This document shows positions 37,820-51,940 of a DNA stretch of 64,000 bases, piece by piece. Origin of the DNA: Okamejei kenojei (Eukaryota); contig CM069131.1 in the NCBI GenBank assembly GCA_035221665.1, forward strand, positions 24,428,001-24,492,000. Reading direction: 5' to 3'. Within the stretch, counting starts at the first letter, position 1; every line of letters begins with the position of its first letter. A program made the translations under genes and the position numbers. The notes beneath the pieces are model-generated. The model saw only the letters and a program-made list of their open reading frames with translations. It had not been told where the DNA came from and did not search any database.

Positions 37820-38790
37820 GCATAGAGTCTTAGAGTTATGCAGCATGGAAACAGGCCCTTCAGCCCGATTCATCCATGTTCATCAAAATGTCTATCTGAA
37901 CAAGTACCATCTGCCTGCATTTGGTCCTTATCTCTCCAAATCTTTATTTCATGTATTTGTCTTTTTGTTTAGTTTAGTTTAGTTTAGTTTAGAGATACAG
38001 CGTGGAAACAGACCTTTCGGCCCACCGAGTCCGCACCGATCATGAACCCCTGCACTAACACTACACACACTAGGGACAATTTACACTTATACCAAGCCAA
38101 TTCAAACTCGTACGTATTTGGAATGTTGGAGGAAACCGAAGTCCTCAGAGAAAACCCAAGCAATCACGGAGAGAGCGTACAAACTCCATACAGGCAGCAC
38201 CCATAGTCCAGATCAAACCCGGGTCTCCGGCGCTGCAAGTGCTGTAAGGCAGCAACTCTACCGCTGCACCCCCATGCCCCCCATAGACATTGTGCCTACT
38301 TCTACAACTTATTCTGGCAGCTTGTTCCAAATATTTACCAGCCTCTGTGGAAATAGTTTGCCCCTCGGATCCCTTTTAAATCTTTCCTCTCACCTTAACC
38401 CTCTGCCTTCTTGTTTTAGACCCCTTCCTGGGAAAAGTTTGTGACCATCCACCTTATCGATACTCCTGATTTTATATACCCACTATACCATCACCACTCA
38501 AACTCCTACGGTCTAGGGAAAATAGTTCCAGCCCATCCTGCCTCTCCTTACAACTCAAGCCTTATAGTCCCAGTAACATCTTCAGGTATCTTTTCTGCAC
38601 CTTTTCCAACATAGTTGTATCCCGCCCAAAGCTGGGCAACCAGAACTGCATTCCAAGTGTGGTCTCACAAATGACTTGTATAGTTGCAATATAACATACC
38701 AACTTCTATACTGAATTGCCATGATTTATGAAGACCAGCATGCCCAATGCCTTCTTCATCTCCCTATCTACCTCCATTGCCATTTTTCTA
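37820..38790 (-). mobile_element. Degenerate CR1 3' region interrupted by an HE1 SINE
   Basis: Tail GGAAACAGGCCCTTCAGCCC on the plus strand, with CR1 ORF2 C-terminal remnants at 38285-38790. Confidence 0.7.
37968..38280 (-). mobile_element. Full-length HE1-type tRNA-derived V-SINE
   Basis: tRNA-like head with A box (GGTGCAGCGGTAGAG) and B box (GGGTTTGATC), V-core, CR1-like tail and (CTAAA)n. Confidence 0.88.
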
Positions 38791-40584
38791 CAATGTTGAA
38801 TGTTGAACAATCTACATTGTTCAACATTCAGGGTGTTCTCCATTGTCATGGACAGCTCTGTATTCCATGCTTTGGCCTTCTGATGAGCTTACAAAGAAGC
38901 AGGCTATAGGGTGCAAGAGTACCTCGGGTCTTGGAGGGGGGGGATGAAAAACTATCGAGTTGGTAGATTCCTTTTGTGTGATATATATAATATAGTAACT
39001 GGCTTTGATTTTTTCTCTCTTTTCCTTTCTCTCTTTTTTCTTTTTCGTTTCTAGGGTCTATCTCTTAATCCCCTTTCTCTAATTCTTTGATCAAGGGGTT
39101 TTTTTTCCTCCCCTTTGGCACGCTCTTTCACTTTCACAACTCTTTTCACCTACTCTCTTTTTTACTATTCTTTTTTTCTTAAAAGCCATAAAATTATGGG
39201 GTACAATGATTGTAACAATATACATGTGATGTACACTGATGTATTTACCTCTATTAAATAAAAATATATTAAAAAAAAGGAGCATGCTGAAGACAGGCAA
39301 AGAGGACAGCAGGAGTGCCAAGATTACTATTAGGAAGAGGGAGCCGGAAAAAGAGAAAGGAAAGACAGGTGTGGCCCCACTCACTATAGACTCTCAGCAT
39401 CAGGAACCTCATCCCAAACTTCCCTGGAGAACAGCCTTCTGCATATTGCCTTGTAAGCGCGATGGTATCCAACTTTTCCTACACAATGTAATACAATCAA
39501 TTACTGTGATCACTACACAGCAATCTATACTGCATCAAAAAATATTTCCAATAATGTTACTTAGCTAAGAATAAATGCAGACTTTGTCTCGAATGAATAA
39601 GAGACTGAATCTCTCTATTCAGTTTTCAGTATCAGCCAGACGTTGCTGGGAGGGTTTACTCAAAGCAGAATACTTCATTGAAAAGATAGAGATTGTAATC
39701 ATCCTGAAACCTTGCAATAATTTGAATGACACTCCTTACTCTCAATACTGAACAATGAAAATAGCAGGGCCACTAAAAGAGGTCCAAAGGATATTAAATA
39801 ATGTCTTCCTGATTCAATGGAACCAGCAGGCAGGAGCTGCAAACAGTTATTGCTTCACTTGATCGAAATACATTCAGTAATTTCTTGCTCTTATTTGCAA
39901 TTGCAACCTCCAACACAGTGGCATAACCCAACATCATTCTTTGAGGTCCTCAAGCTCTGTGGAAGAAACATGACATTGGTGTTGCACAATGATGTGCTTC
40001 AGGCATTCACATCTAGCCTAACCTTCTGAGGTTTTCTTCCCCACAATGACTTTTGAATAACATTCATGGCATGAAGGGATTGGCTTTCTGACGTTTGACA
40101 AGTTTTAGTGCAATCACACAATCCAATACATCCTCACATTTCCCAAATGATTTCAACTCAGTGTATATTAGCTTTATCTATTAGATCAAACTTGACGTGA
40201 TGTCACTCTGCATTACGGTTGAATTCTGAGAGAGCACAGTCTGTACAGTGTCATCATAATGAGCCTCTGAACCTTCTGCACCAGTCCAGTATTATTGCTA
40301 ATATTAAATCACCATGGTATACGGGAGCTTGACAATAGCAGGCTGTTGATGGCAACGTCTATTGCTCACTGAGTCAGTCAATGGAGGCCACATTGTAACC
40401 TCATGATGTGGCATGAAAAACTTCTCTTGTGAACCATCCCTTGAAGCTGATCTGAGCAATAGGTAAAACATGACCCGAGAATGGGACTGCATGAGATGAC
40501 AGGGTGCAATTTGCATCCATGTGCATAGGTGATCTTACATTGACAACTGCATTGACATTAATACCAAGTCTGGCTTTACAGTCT

Positions 40585-41085
40585 CTTCCCAGCTTGTTAT
40601 CAGGCAACTGAACCATCCCACCTCAACCAGAGGTTGGTCCTGAGCTACTATCGGACTATCTTAGAACGGAGACGAGGAAACATTTTTTCTCACAAGAGTT
40701 GTGAGTCTGTGGAATTCTCACGCTCAGAGGGTGGTGGAGGCTGGTTGGATACTTTCAAGAGAGAGCTAGATAGGGTTCTTAAAGATAACGGAGTCAGGGG
40801 ATATGGGGATAAGGCAGGAACGGGGTACTGATTGGGGATGACCAGCCATGATCACATTGAATGGCGGTGCTGACTCGAAGGACCGAATGGCCTACTCCTG
40901 CACCTATTGTCTATTGTCTATCTTTGATCGGACTTAACTGACTTGCACTAAACGTTGTTCCTTATCCTGTATCTGTACACTGTGAATGTTTAGATTGTAA
41001 TCGTATATTGTCTTTCCGCTGGCTAGTTAGCAACCAATAAAAAAATGTCATGGTACCTTGTCACACATGACATTGAACAAAACTA
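40585..41085 (+). mobile_element. Rex/L2-type 3' end with a nested CR1 3' fragment (~40663-40917)
   Basis: CR1 tail nearly identical to 10300-10550; CTATCTT is repeated at both junctions. Confidence 0.8.
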
Positions 41086-42233
41086 ATATGTAAGAATAAA
41101 GAAGTGAGGAATAAAAAACAGTAGAACCACAGTCAATTAAATTAGATGGCTTCATCAGAATTAATGGATCAACAAGAAATTCAATGGAACAAAACACATG
41201 TTTGTATACAAAATTCATCTAAACAATAATTCCATATTCACTCAACACTGGTGCCTCTTACTTTTTGTATTTCTCCTTTTAGGTTTGGAATCTACAATTG
41301 GACCACAGTGATTTCTCCGTGGCTGCTCCCTGTTTGCTGGAGGTCTGACTCTCTTGTTTTCTTTGAGATACAGGTGTTCTCATATTATGCCCAGAATGAG
41401 TTTATGGTCGGGATGTGCCAGCTTAGACTGTGATGTACCAAATTGGTTGCCAACAAACAGGTGAAGCAGAGTTTTTGCATTGACAAGCTCTCAGTGCTTG
41501 CGAGTCAGAGGCTGCGGGAAATATCTTGACACTCAGAGAGGACAGGAGGCTCATTTTCTGCACTGGTTCCAAGAGTACCAGGCAGAAAACTGTGTGAACA
41601 TCAAGTGTAGCCCAGATTGATTGACTGATGTTTTAGGTTTCAGAATGCTGCCAAGATCACTCAATCGCCCCTGGCTCTCTGCTACCTATTGAAAACACCA
41701 TTAGCAAAGGAGCAGCTACCTGCTGTTCTTGGAATCAAAGATGCTGGTTCAACTCAAATGGACTGTGCCTCAGTAGAGGCAGAAAACTGCTCACCCATTT
41801 GCTATGTTTCTGTGGTATTGTCATTGCCTTCTCCTAAACGTTTCCCCATTGTTGGGCTCATTCAATCCCTTTGAGTTAGCATCACTATCTGGATCCAACC
41901 TCCACACACCTTCCCCTCTGCCCGACTCTAGATCTACTAATGCCAAGCATCTCTCCTCTTCAAATACATCCCTCGAATCGAATCTGATCCTTTCTTTCCC
42001 ATGCCAGACTCTAAAGGGAAAGGTATACCGTAACAGTGAGCTTTTCTAGCAGATAATCTCCCCTTCCTCTGTAAGATTCCTCTGGCCCCTCTAGGGCCAC
42101 AGGCAGCAGTTCAGGTTTCTTCTCTGCGCAAGAAACCCAAACAGAGTTCATGGTGTTGCAGCAGAGTTCACCTGCAAACATTCAATTTGCAGCAATTTGC
42201 AGCAAACATTAAATTTGCAGCTCAGTAACAAAC

Positions 42234-42392
42234 AGAGTTAGATAGAGCTCTAGGGGCTGGTGGAATCAAGGGATATGGGGAGAAGGCAGGCACGGGTTAT
42301 TGATTGGGGACAATCAACCATGATCACAATGAATGGCGGTGCTGGCTCGAAGGGCCGAATGGCCTCCTCCTGCACCTATTTTCTATGTTTCT
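42234..42392 (+). mobile_element. CR1 3' end
   Basis: Canonical tail ending CCTGCACCTATTTTCTATGTTTCTA. Confidence 0.9.
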
Positions 42393-42789
42393 ACAGTGAG
42401 AATACTTGCAGTCTGATGCAGCCAGCATCTCCGTGAAGGCACCATTTGTTCCATGTGTCAGGGAGATCACATACGCTGAAGCTAATTACCCAGGCTTAAC
42501 AGTTGACTACAGGCTTTGAGTAGACATCTATGATATAGCTTTGGTAATAGTTGTCACAATGTTTCCTGAATCTTGCATGGTGTGACGGTAGCAAGTTGCC
42601 AAAGCAACTTTAGCTATTTCTCTTTTAATAATTGTATGGCAAAACTGCATGGGCAAGTGGCATCTTTCTGAAGTATTGTGCGGAAATTGTTCCCTTGACC
42701 TTTGATATATATACTGGATTGTTTAGGACTGTGGCAAGTAGTAAGATTATGTTTATGTGCAATGCCTGACACAGCAGTAATCAAAAATG

Positions 42790-43045
42790 GGTTAGCAGTT
42801 TGCTGCCTTAATACACCCTGGGTTGGACAATGGTGTGCTGTCTGTTAGTACATTCTCCTTGTTGACCTGGACTGTTTTGGGGTTTTCTCCAGTGCTGATT
42901 TTCCCCATATTCCCAAAGATGTGCAGGTTTGTAGGTTAATTGGCTCACAATTAGCCCCCTAGTGTGTAAGGTTGAACTAAGGTTGAACTATTTTTATGGG
43001 TGATTGCTCGGCGTTCTGCCGAAGGAGAATGTTTCCATTTTTTGT
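42790..43045 (+). mobile_element. Degenerate HE1/V-SINE
   Basis: GGGTTTTCTCCAGTGCT…CCCAAAGATGTGCAGGTTTGTAGGTTAATTGGC…GCCCCTAGTGTGTA. Confidence 0.6.
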
Positions 43046-44904
43046 ACAATAGAGTCCCACCTAAGTCCACCGTTCTGCCCCCCTTTACTTTACATTGCCG
43101 TGGGCTGTGGGGTTTAAAAAAACCCATCTGTCGTGTGTGTTGCTGCTGCCTACACTTGCTGCTTCGCTTCTGCCCTGACAATATTTAAATGGGTCATTAT
43201 TTGCTTTTGGGGGCTGGTGTGCTAGTCATATTGGGATTAAAATATAACCCTTAGTGTGGTGCATTGTATGGAGAAATAAAAAATAAAGTGAAGCCACAAT
43301 CTTAACAATTCACAGTTAAAATGAAAGCCATAATGTTATAAAAGATAACATTTCAAAGTCATGTTTCCCTCAATGTAATTGAGGAAGCTTCTTAATCTGA
43401 ATATTCCCTTTATTTACATTTTTATGTAAAAAAATAAAATTATTCCCATGCGAAAGTGTTGGTTTCCTTATAAGAATATTGTAATGTAAGTAAGAAGAAC
43501 TTAAATAAAAAAGAAACCGTTTTGTCTTTGTAAGAGGCTTTGGAAATCACACTTTTTATTATTGCTGCTTCCGTTTACATTTACCAAAGCCTATTAATAT
43601 AAAATAATGTTACTTCTCTGTCATCAAACAAATGTTAAAAAAATAAAAACAGTGAAACATTAATTCTGAAGAAAGTCATGATTTATTTTTCTGTAAACCC
43701 CCCTTTTTCTATTCATGATTTCCACAAGATCGGCATTTGTGTAAGGAAATTTTTACCATTACTGCTATGTGAAGACAAGTTTTCCTAAGCTTCAATGCAA
43801 TATCAATCAATAAATACAATTAATAAATTCAACTTAGGTAAAGCAGTCAGATAATATATCATAAAAAGTATAATTTGAAAATGACCTTCCAGATTCAAAA
43901 TGACCTTCCAAATTAAAACTAAATTCTGGACACACCATTTTAAAAAAACAAAAAAACCCTGATCCCCAAAGAATTCTTGTGGAGTTGTGAGAAGCCACAA
44001 CACACAGATAAAAAACATTCTTAGTTTGACCATCGAGAACAGTTAAGCTTAAAGATTGCAGTAAACAAGTAATTGAGTCATTGAGTTATACAGCATGAAA
44101 ACGAACCCTTTGGCCCAACTTGTCCATGCCATCAAAAATGCCCACCTACTGTACCACCTAAGTCCCATTTGCTCGCATTTGACCAATATCCATCGAAACC
44201 ATTTCTATTCATGTACGTGTCCAGACGTCTTTTAAATGTTGTTATAGTACCACAACCTCAACCGACTTCTCCTCTGCGCAGGTTGATCCATACATGTTTC
44301 TCAACTTCTGGTGATGGGAAAAACTTTAGATATCTCAGAATTTCTGTTCAAATCTTTCTCCTTTCCACCTTTAAGTCGTATACCTTTAGTTCTCTGGTTC
44401 CCAAAACCCTAGGTAAACAAGCTGTTTATAAGCTTTCACCCATGGGCATGTCCCCCCAAGCTGTAGTATGGGTCGTCCCAGCCTACCTTGCCCTAGGTTG
44501 ATTTGGCTTTTCTTGCGAACCTCAATGAATGGCCCTTAAAGCATTGTGCAGGAAGTTGCCGCTTAAAAAATGTAAGTTAAATTTTTTTGAACGTTTCTTT
44601 CCATGCTTTGACCAGAAAGCAGTAAGAGTGTTCTCCCTAATATATCATTATATATTAAACCAGAGAGAGAGCTTCGTCTAAGCCTTTTTTTCCCCCAGAC
44701 ATAATTGGGTTGGAGTAGAATTGTTGCAGATTAGATCCTGCCAAAAGTGGGTGCCGTGAACAAGTTGGCGTTATATACATGATAATTGGAGTATTTGTTA
44801 CTTGGTCAGGTGATTGTACTCTTGGTGGGTAGCAGATGAACAAGGTGTTTGAAGTGGTTTTGCCATTTGTTGATTCAGTTAGGGTGGTGGTGGGGGATAT
44901 TTAT

Positions 44905-47235
44905 GGGGGAGAAGGGGGAGGGGGGCAAGGGGAGGGGAAGGGACTTTTCGGGAAGGGAGGGAGGGGGGGGAAGGGGAGGGTAAGTGGGAGGGGGGATAAG
45001 AGGGGGGGGAGAGGGGGAAGGGAGCAGGTTAAGGGGGGGAAGGGAAAGGGGAATTGGGGAAGGGGGGGGGAAGGGGGGGGAAGAGGAAGGCGGCGGAAGG
45101 GAAGGGGAAAAAGGGCGGGGGGAAGGGAAGGGGAAGGGGCCGCGGCAGGCAAGGGAAGGGGAAAGGGAAGGGGGGAAGGGGAAGGGAAGGGGGGAGGGGA
45201 AGAAGGGGAAGGAAGGGGGGGGGGAAGGGAGAAGGGGGGGGGAAGGATTAAGGGGAAGGGGGGAAGGGAACGGAAGAAGAAGGGCAAGCGGGGGGGAAGG
45301 CTAAGGGGAAGGGGCGGGGGATGGGAAGGGAAGGGGGGGGAAGGTGAAGGGGGGGGAAAGGGGGGAAGGAAGGGGAAGGGGGGGAGGGGAAGGGTAGGGG
45401 AGGGGGGGGAGGGGTGGGGTGGGAAGGGTAGGGAAGGGGGGGAAGGGAAGGGTGATGGAAGGGAAGGAAGGGGGGTGAAGGGAGTTAAGGAAGAAAGGGG
45501 AAGTTGGGGGGGGAAGGGAGGAAGGCGAAGGGAAAGGGAAGGGAAGGGAGGTGAAGGGGGGTGGGGAGGGGGGGGGGGGGAAGGTGAAGGGGGCGAAGTG
45601 TGAAGGGCACGGGGTAAGGGTGAGGGGAAGGGGTAAGGGGGGAAAGGAGGGAAGGAGGTGGGGGAAGGGAAGGGGGGGTTTTAAAGGAAGAGTGGGGGGG
45701 GAAGGGGAAGGGGGGAAGGGGGAGGGGAAGGGGTGGGGGAAGGAAGAGGGGAACGGGGGGGAAGGGAGGGGGGGTGGGTAAGAGGGAAGGGGGAACGGGA
45801 GGGGTGGGGTGGGACGGGGGGAAAGGGAAGGGGAAGGAGAAGGAAGGGGGGGAAAGGGAAGGCTGAATGGGAAGGGGAAAGAAGGGTGAAGGGGAAGGGA
45901 CGGGGGAAAGGGGAAGGGGAAGGGGGGGGGGGGGAAAGGGGGAAGGGGGGGGACAAGGTGAAGGGAGTGAAGGTAAGAGAGGGGGGAGGAGGGAAGGGGG
46001 GTGGGGGAAGGGGGAGGAAGGGGTAGGGGGGTAAGGGGGGGAAGGAAGGAGGGGAAGGGGGGGAAGGGGGGGGGGGAAGGGGGAAGGAAGGGGAAGGGGG
46101 GGGAAGGGGGAAGGGGAAGGGGGGGGGATGGGGTAAGGGGGGTAAGTGGGGGGGGGGGGGGGAGGGAAGGGGGGGGGGGGGGGGGTGAAGGGGGGGGGTG
46201 GGAAGGAAGGGGGGGGGGGGGGAAGGGGGGGAAGGGGGAAGGGGGAGGAGGTGGGGGAAGGGGGAAGGGGAAGGGCGAGGGGGAAGGGACGGGGAGGAAG
46301 GGGGGGGGGAAGGGGGAAGGGGGGGGGAAGGAAGGGGAGAATATGGGAAGAAGGAGTGGAAGGGGGAAAGGGAAGGGGAAGAAGGGGAGGGGGAAGAGAT
46401 ATATGAAGGGGAAGGGGAGGGGATAAGGGAAGGGGGGGAAGGGAAGGGGGAGGGAAAGGCGGGAGGAAGGGGAAAGGGGGGGGAAGGGAAGGGGGAAGGG
46501 GTGGAATGGGTACGGGGAAGGCGGGGGGGAAGGCAAGGGGAGGGAAGTAAGGAGGTGGGGGAGGGGAAGGGGGGGGCGAAGGGAAGGGGAAGGTGTGGGG
46601 AAGGGCAAGGGGGAAGAGGAAGGGGGGGGAGGAAGGAAGGAAAGGGGGGGAGGGAATAAGGGGCGAAGGGGGGGGGGAAAAGGGGGGAAGGGGAAGGGTG
46701 GGGGGGGGTGGGAAGGGGAAGGGGGGAGGGAAGGGAAGGAAGAAAGGGGAAGCGGAAGGGTGTAGGGAAGGGGGGGGAAGGGGGGGGGGGGATTGTTGAT
46801 GAGGGGGGGGAAGGGAAGGGGAGGGGGGGAGGGAATGGGAGAGGCGGAAGGGGAAGGGGGGGAAGGGGGAAGGGGGGGTAAGGGGGGGGGGAGGGAAGGG
46901 GACGAAGGGGGGAAGGGAAGGGGAAGGGAGGGAAGGGAAGGGGAAGGGGGGGGAAGGGGGGGGGAACGGGGGGGGAAGGGAAGGGGAAGGGGGGGGGGGG
47001 AGACGGAAGAGGGGGGGGAAGGAAGGAAGGGGCAAAGGGGGAGGGGAGGAAGAGGGGTGGAAGGGGGGGGGGGGGTGTGGGGAGGGGAGGGGAAGGGGAA
47101 GAGGGGATTGGAGGGGGGGAAGGGAAGTGGGGGGAAGGGGGGGGAGGGAGAAGGGGGGGGGAAGGGGCTTTTGAGGGGGGGTGGGGGGGGAAGGATAGGG
47201 GGGAAGTGGAAGCGGAAGGGGGGAAGGGGGGGGAT
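44905..47235 (+). repeat. 2.3-kb G/A-rich low-complexity tract (degenerate GGGAA/GGGAAG)
   Basis: Almost pure purine on the plus strand. All Gly- or Pro-rich ORFs here arise from base composition. Confidence 0.95.
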
Positions 47236-49959
47236 GAAGTTTGGAAAGGTGTGCAAAAGTACGATGATGCAATAGGTACGATTGATACAAGTACTTTTAG
47301 AATACATATAAGGACCAAGTCAAAAATGAGCACCGTAGGCTCAAAAATCGCGTCACGTAGGCTCTGAGTCATTAAGTAGAACTAATCAACCATGAGCACC
47401 CGCATTCCACTCAGGTGAGTAGTTGTGTGAACTCCTGACATGCTGGCATTTACCAGGTGGAGCAAAAACCTGACTCGGATCAATGGATCAGGTCGCAACA
47501 ATCATGTTTTGAAGCAGCACTACTGCTACAAAGGCCTGCTAAAACTGTTGCTGTTCAGTGTCTTGAGAAGTTTGTGGTTTGCAGGTAGAATTTGAGTGTA
47601 GCTCCTTAGGTGATGTGGAGGGGGAGAGGAGATCAGTGCCTGGGCAGAGTGTTTTCATTAGAAAGGAGGAGGAGGAGAGCTAGGAAAGAAGTCTGGAAAT
47701 CCATGGACAATTGGGATTGCCTGGATGAGTGCTGTCCTTGTAGTGTGGCAGTAGATCAGAGTTTTGGATGTAGAGGGGTGGTCTGCATGAGGATTTTATT
47801 ACTGGAATGGGGGGGTTTGTGGCTGCGCAGAGCCTTCAGAGCCTTGGTTGGCCGGGTGGCTGCCGTGATCCCACAGCACCTTCGTGTGGGTAGTGATCAT
47901 ACCTCGGCATTGAAGCAAAAATAGGGCTGATGGACATGCCAGGCGTGGGACATTGTAGGTTTGGGTTTGGCCGTTGTGACCTATAATTAACCAACTAGAA
48001 TAATGAAACTTAGTACTCTGGACTGGGGCTCCCAGGAGTTTCCAATGCTAGATTGAGATTTGTTACCCAATAATCCTCCTTTAAAATCAATACTGTCAAT
48101 TTGTGTTTTTTTTTCCTGATTTGTATCAATTTTGAAGCACACAATTGGATTCTGGAACAATGGATGCTTTGCACAAATGGCAAAATTATTGTATATTGTT
48201 GTATACATAACTGATATAAGTTATGCCATTGGTGAAAGATTGAGTTGCGATCAATTCTACACGGAATTGATCGGAATTATGCTTCATTCCAGAATAAAGT
48301 AATTTTATAGGTATGGGGTTGGAAAATAACTAATTTACATGTCTGAATTACTGGGACAAAATTGGGTAAAAGATTAATCAAATCTTCAGAGTGACTTAGC
48401 ATTTGGCAAGAGTGTTCATCGCTGGTGATTAATATAGGTGATATGAGGAAAGACATTCTAACGATTTGTCAAATTTAAGTATTTTTATAACTCAATTACC
48501 TAATGTCTCTGCTACCATAATACAATTCGATCTCATGATAGTATTCTGACAGACCATGTGTAAAATATATGTTCCAGTTAGACTGAAGTGTATATGAGCT
48601 ATGATGTGGCAATGTTACAACATTTTGAGATTTTAAAAATCAAGTCTGCAATTTTCCCATCAGATAAAGCATAAAAAGAAGTTTAATTTGACACCTAATT
48701 CACTTTCATATCTTCAGTATTAAAAAAGTTATGGCCATTTTCATACTCGGAAATGAGCAATTTGTTTCCTATTGCTTTTCTATTGACTTAACACAAAAGT
48801 TGAGATCTGAGGGACAGTCAATAAAAAAATCCCATAATATTTATTAAAATATTAAGAGAACTTGTGAGAACATTTTCAGTTATATATAGATTGAAGTATT
48901 TCTGAATTCAAATATGAAAACAATGCTTTATTGGATTCAATGACCTGAAATTTTTTTAAAGCATATAATTAGTTAGTTCCAATTGTAGCTAATTACAATA
49001 TCTCAATTTGACCTAGATCTAGAACATCTTATCCTTTCTTAAGAAAAAATTAAAACAAAACTGTTAAAGCCTAAGTTGTCCCAATTAAAATTCAACAATC
49101 AATTCCACAATATAACATTGTTTTTTTTAATCTAATTGATCAGTTTAAGTTTATGGCCATAATATTAAGGAATTTAGTGTGTTAATGACTGTAAATTAAT
49201 GGCTCATTTAAAATCAGCTTGTGAGTAGGGATTGTTCTGTGACTGCTATGATTAAGAACATTGCAGTTGCGTGTGTGATATTTAATTTACCCATCATATC
49301 TAGCAGGAAAAATTCTGCCCGCAGTTCGTGATGGGGAAATATAATTATCAGCGTTTCGCAACGTATAAAGTTTGCTTATTCATCTACTAAAAAAGCAGGG
49401 TTTATTATAATGTAAAAATAAACAGCTTTTCACTTACTGGTCCCCTACGTGAAATCCGTCTTCCCCTTTGCTTGTCGAGCGATCATGGCATTAGGAGGCT
49501 AATTTTCTATTTTACTCCAGCGGCTTGAAACGAGTCGGGCTATTTATTTTAAAAGAAATTAACATTACCGGCAGTCAGGAATTGAATGAATCTCCAGAAA
49601 TAGATCGCACTCCGAGAAAAGAGGAGCCACTCGGAGGATGGCAAGGGATAAAACCACACTTTTAACCCCGCCCCACCTAAAAGGCGCCCAAATGAAAGTC
49701 GCGCACTAAGGCCCAGCGACCAGAAAACTTCCAGCAACCGCTTTTTTCTAAAGGCAAGTTTGTGGAATAATATACTAATTATGATGATCACTGGAGAGAG
49801 AATCTGTATATGACATCTGCAAGATAGAAAGCTCTTTTCTCACAGTTTTTAACATGATTCAGTTCAACTTTTTGTTCAGGTTCTACAAATGGCTTGCTGT
49901 TTCCAAACTAATCACATGCATTGTCTGGGTTGTTGATGCTTCTCACATACTTAGCAGTT

Positions 49960-51940
49960 GACCTATACAAGTTGAGACCATTGGGGCCCCGTCACCACTG
50001 GACCATAGCCCCCAACTACTACACTGAACAGCGCGCTGTACGTGTTGGACCGTGTGTCGCCTGCCAGAGATCACCGGTTTTGTGACGCAATATACGGCAA
50101 CTCTCCCCAACTTCGCCGGCTCGCACTGGGCGCGGCCGGCAAGGTGGAGTTCTCTGACTGCAACGTGGGATTTTATTAGTTCAAAAATGGCGAATCACTG
50201 TATAAAATAAAGAGCAATGATAGGAATTGCATCGCATCGCAACTCTCCCTCTTCAGTCGCCTTATTCCCGCTGGCTCCGATCCTCCCTTCCTCCCTGGGC
50301 CGCCCTCCGCACCACCCGCCACCTTCCGCCGGGCGTCCTCCCTTCACCTCTCTGCCCTCCTCCCCGTCTTCCCCTCCTCCGCCATCCCTTCCCTTTTACC
50401 TATCTCCTCTTTCCCCCTTTTCCCGTCAGCACTTCCTCCCCATCTCATTCAATCCTACATCGTTTCACCTATCCTACTCCCTCCCCACTCTCCTCACCTC
50501 GCCTCTCCTGGCCATACCATCAGTCACTCCCTTCCTGCTCATAAACCCGTCTTCCCTCCCTATCTCCCTCCCTCCCCCTCTCTCCCTTTATCCCAAACTC
50601 CCCTCACTCCTCACCTCTGCTATATCCTCCATCCCCACGCCTACCTCCTCCACCCTCCCTACCCCCCATATATCCCCAACCCCCTCCCCATCCTCCCCCC
50701 TCTCCCTGCTCTACCCTCCCCACTTTCCTTTCCTCTCCCTCCCATACTCCCTCCTTATTCTATCCCTGATACCCCTCACTCCCACTATCCATCCCCACCC
50801 CCCACACAATGAAAATTCACTATGTTTAAAAACCAAAATTTCTCATGAAAAATCGTGTGTTTTTCTTTTAAATAACCTAAACAAATCAATTGTTAGCCTG
50901 TTAATTAAAATAGAAAAAAAGTTTTTTATAATAGAATAATAATCCATGTCAATGAAACATTCGCGATTAGAATATAAAACGCGATTTGTGAATCCTGTGA
51001 TGTCTTGTGTAGTCGATACGAATGGGCTGATGTTAGAGCAGAGCATTAGTGTGGGTCAAAAGAGTTTTTTGTGTAACGAATCAAATGATCAACTAACTTG
51101 TAAAATATGCATCATCAGAACATAAACTTGGACTAATGTCACATCCAGGACAATTGGTGTTGAGTAATGTGAGCCGCAAAATTGTAGCACTATCGCGTAC
51201 ATGTTTTTGGATGTGTTACAGAACACGAACCACGCACGCTGCATACAACCAAAAAACAAACAAAGATGGAGAGTTTTAGTAATATACTTGTTTCCCGGAC
51301 TGGTCAAGAGGACCCAGGGTCCCTGTCACCCACAGGAGATCTGGTACCCCCAATTTGCAAACATTCCCCAACGCAATACTCCACCACTCACCCGTTCCCC
51401 AATGCAACCCGCCTCCCCCAGCGCAATATTCCACCATTCACCGTTAGCTCCCCAAATGCACAGGGGTGGCTCATTTCCCTTTTTATCCTCAAGCACTCCT
51501 CCCCTTCCTCTTCTTCCTCCGTCACTATAAAAAAAAAATTACCAATTCACTTCCCCATCCCCAGCACTCCCTTCCCCCTCCTGTCAGCCTCTCTCTGCCA
51601 GGGACTCAGTGTTCTGTAATTGCAACATTGTCGCAAATGAGATTTCCATTGTTGACATATAGTATGTAAACTTGTAACTTACAACAGCACTGCAGTGTTC
51701 AAGTCATTCTTCTCTCAAAAACAGGATTTTTAAAGTTTAAAATGTAAATAAACTTGTAACATATAACATCAATCTGAACGAAACTTGATGAAAACACACC
51801 ACAAGACAATTGTGAGTATGGTGGCTGCAAAACATTGTAGCGTAATCGTGTACCGTTTATGGCGTAATTCCAGGATCTCACTCACACGCAGGATATACCA
51901 AAACAAACAAGATGAGAGTTTTAGTAATTATATAGACTAG
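49960..51940 (+). mobile_element. Two tandem Helentron/HINE-like non-autonomous elements with C-rich interiors
   Basis: Both units end in CAC(G/A)CACGC…AAACAAACAA(A)GATG(G)AGAGTTTTAGTAAT (~51230-51285 and ~51880-51930). The second unit starts with hairpin GGACCCAGGGTCC. Polypyrimidine tract at 50270-50803. Confidence 0.5.

Noticed and set aside
38200-38280. tRNA-like A and B boxes
   Set aside because: Head of an HE1 SINE followed by a V-core and LINE tail; not a tRNA gene.
44836-47372. Long Pro-rich and Gly-rich ORFs (up to 668 aa)
   Set aside because: Open in all frames because the G/A tract lacks stop codons; a compositional artefact.
48600-49800. Possible non-autonomous DNA element with a CpG-rich right end
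   Set aside because: No TIR, TSD or coding motif could be demonstrated from this window alone, so it is left unannotated.
50217-50939. 240-aa Pro/Ser/Leu-rich ORF
   Set aside because: Translation of a polypyrimidine tract inside a repeat.
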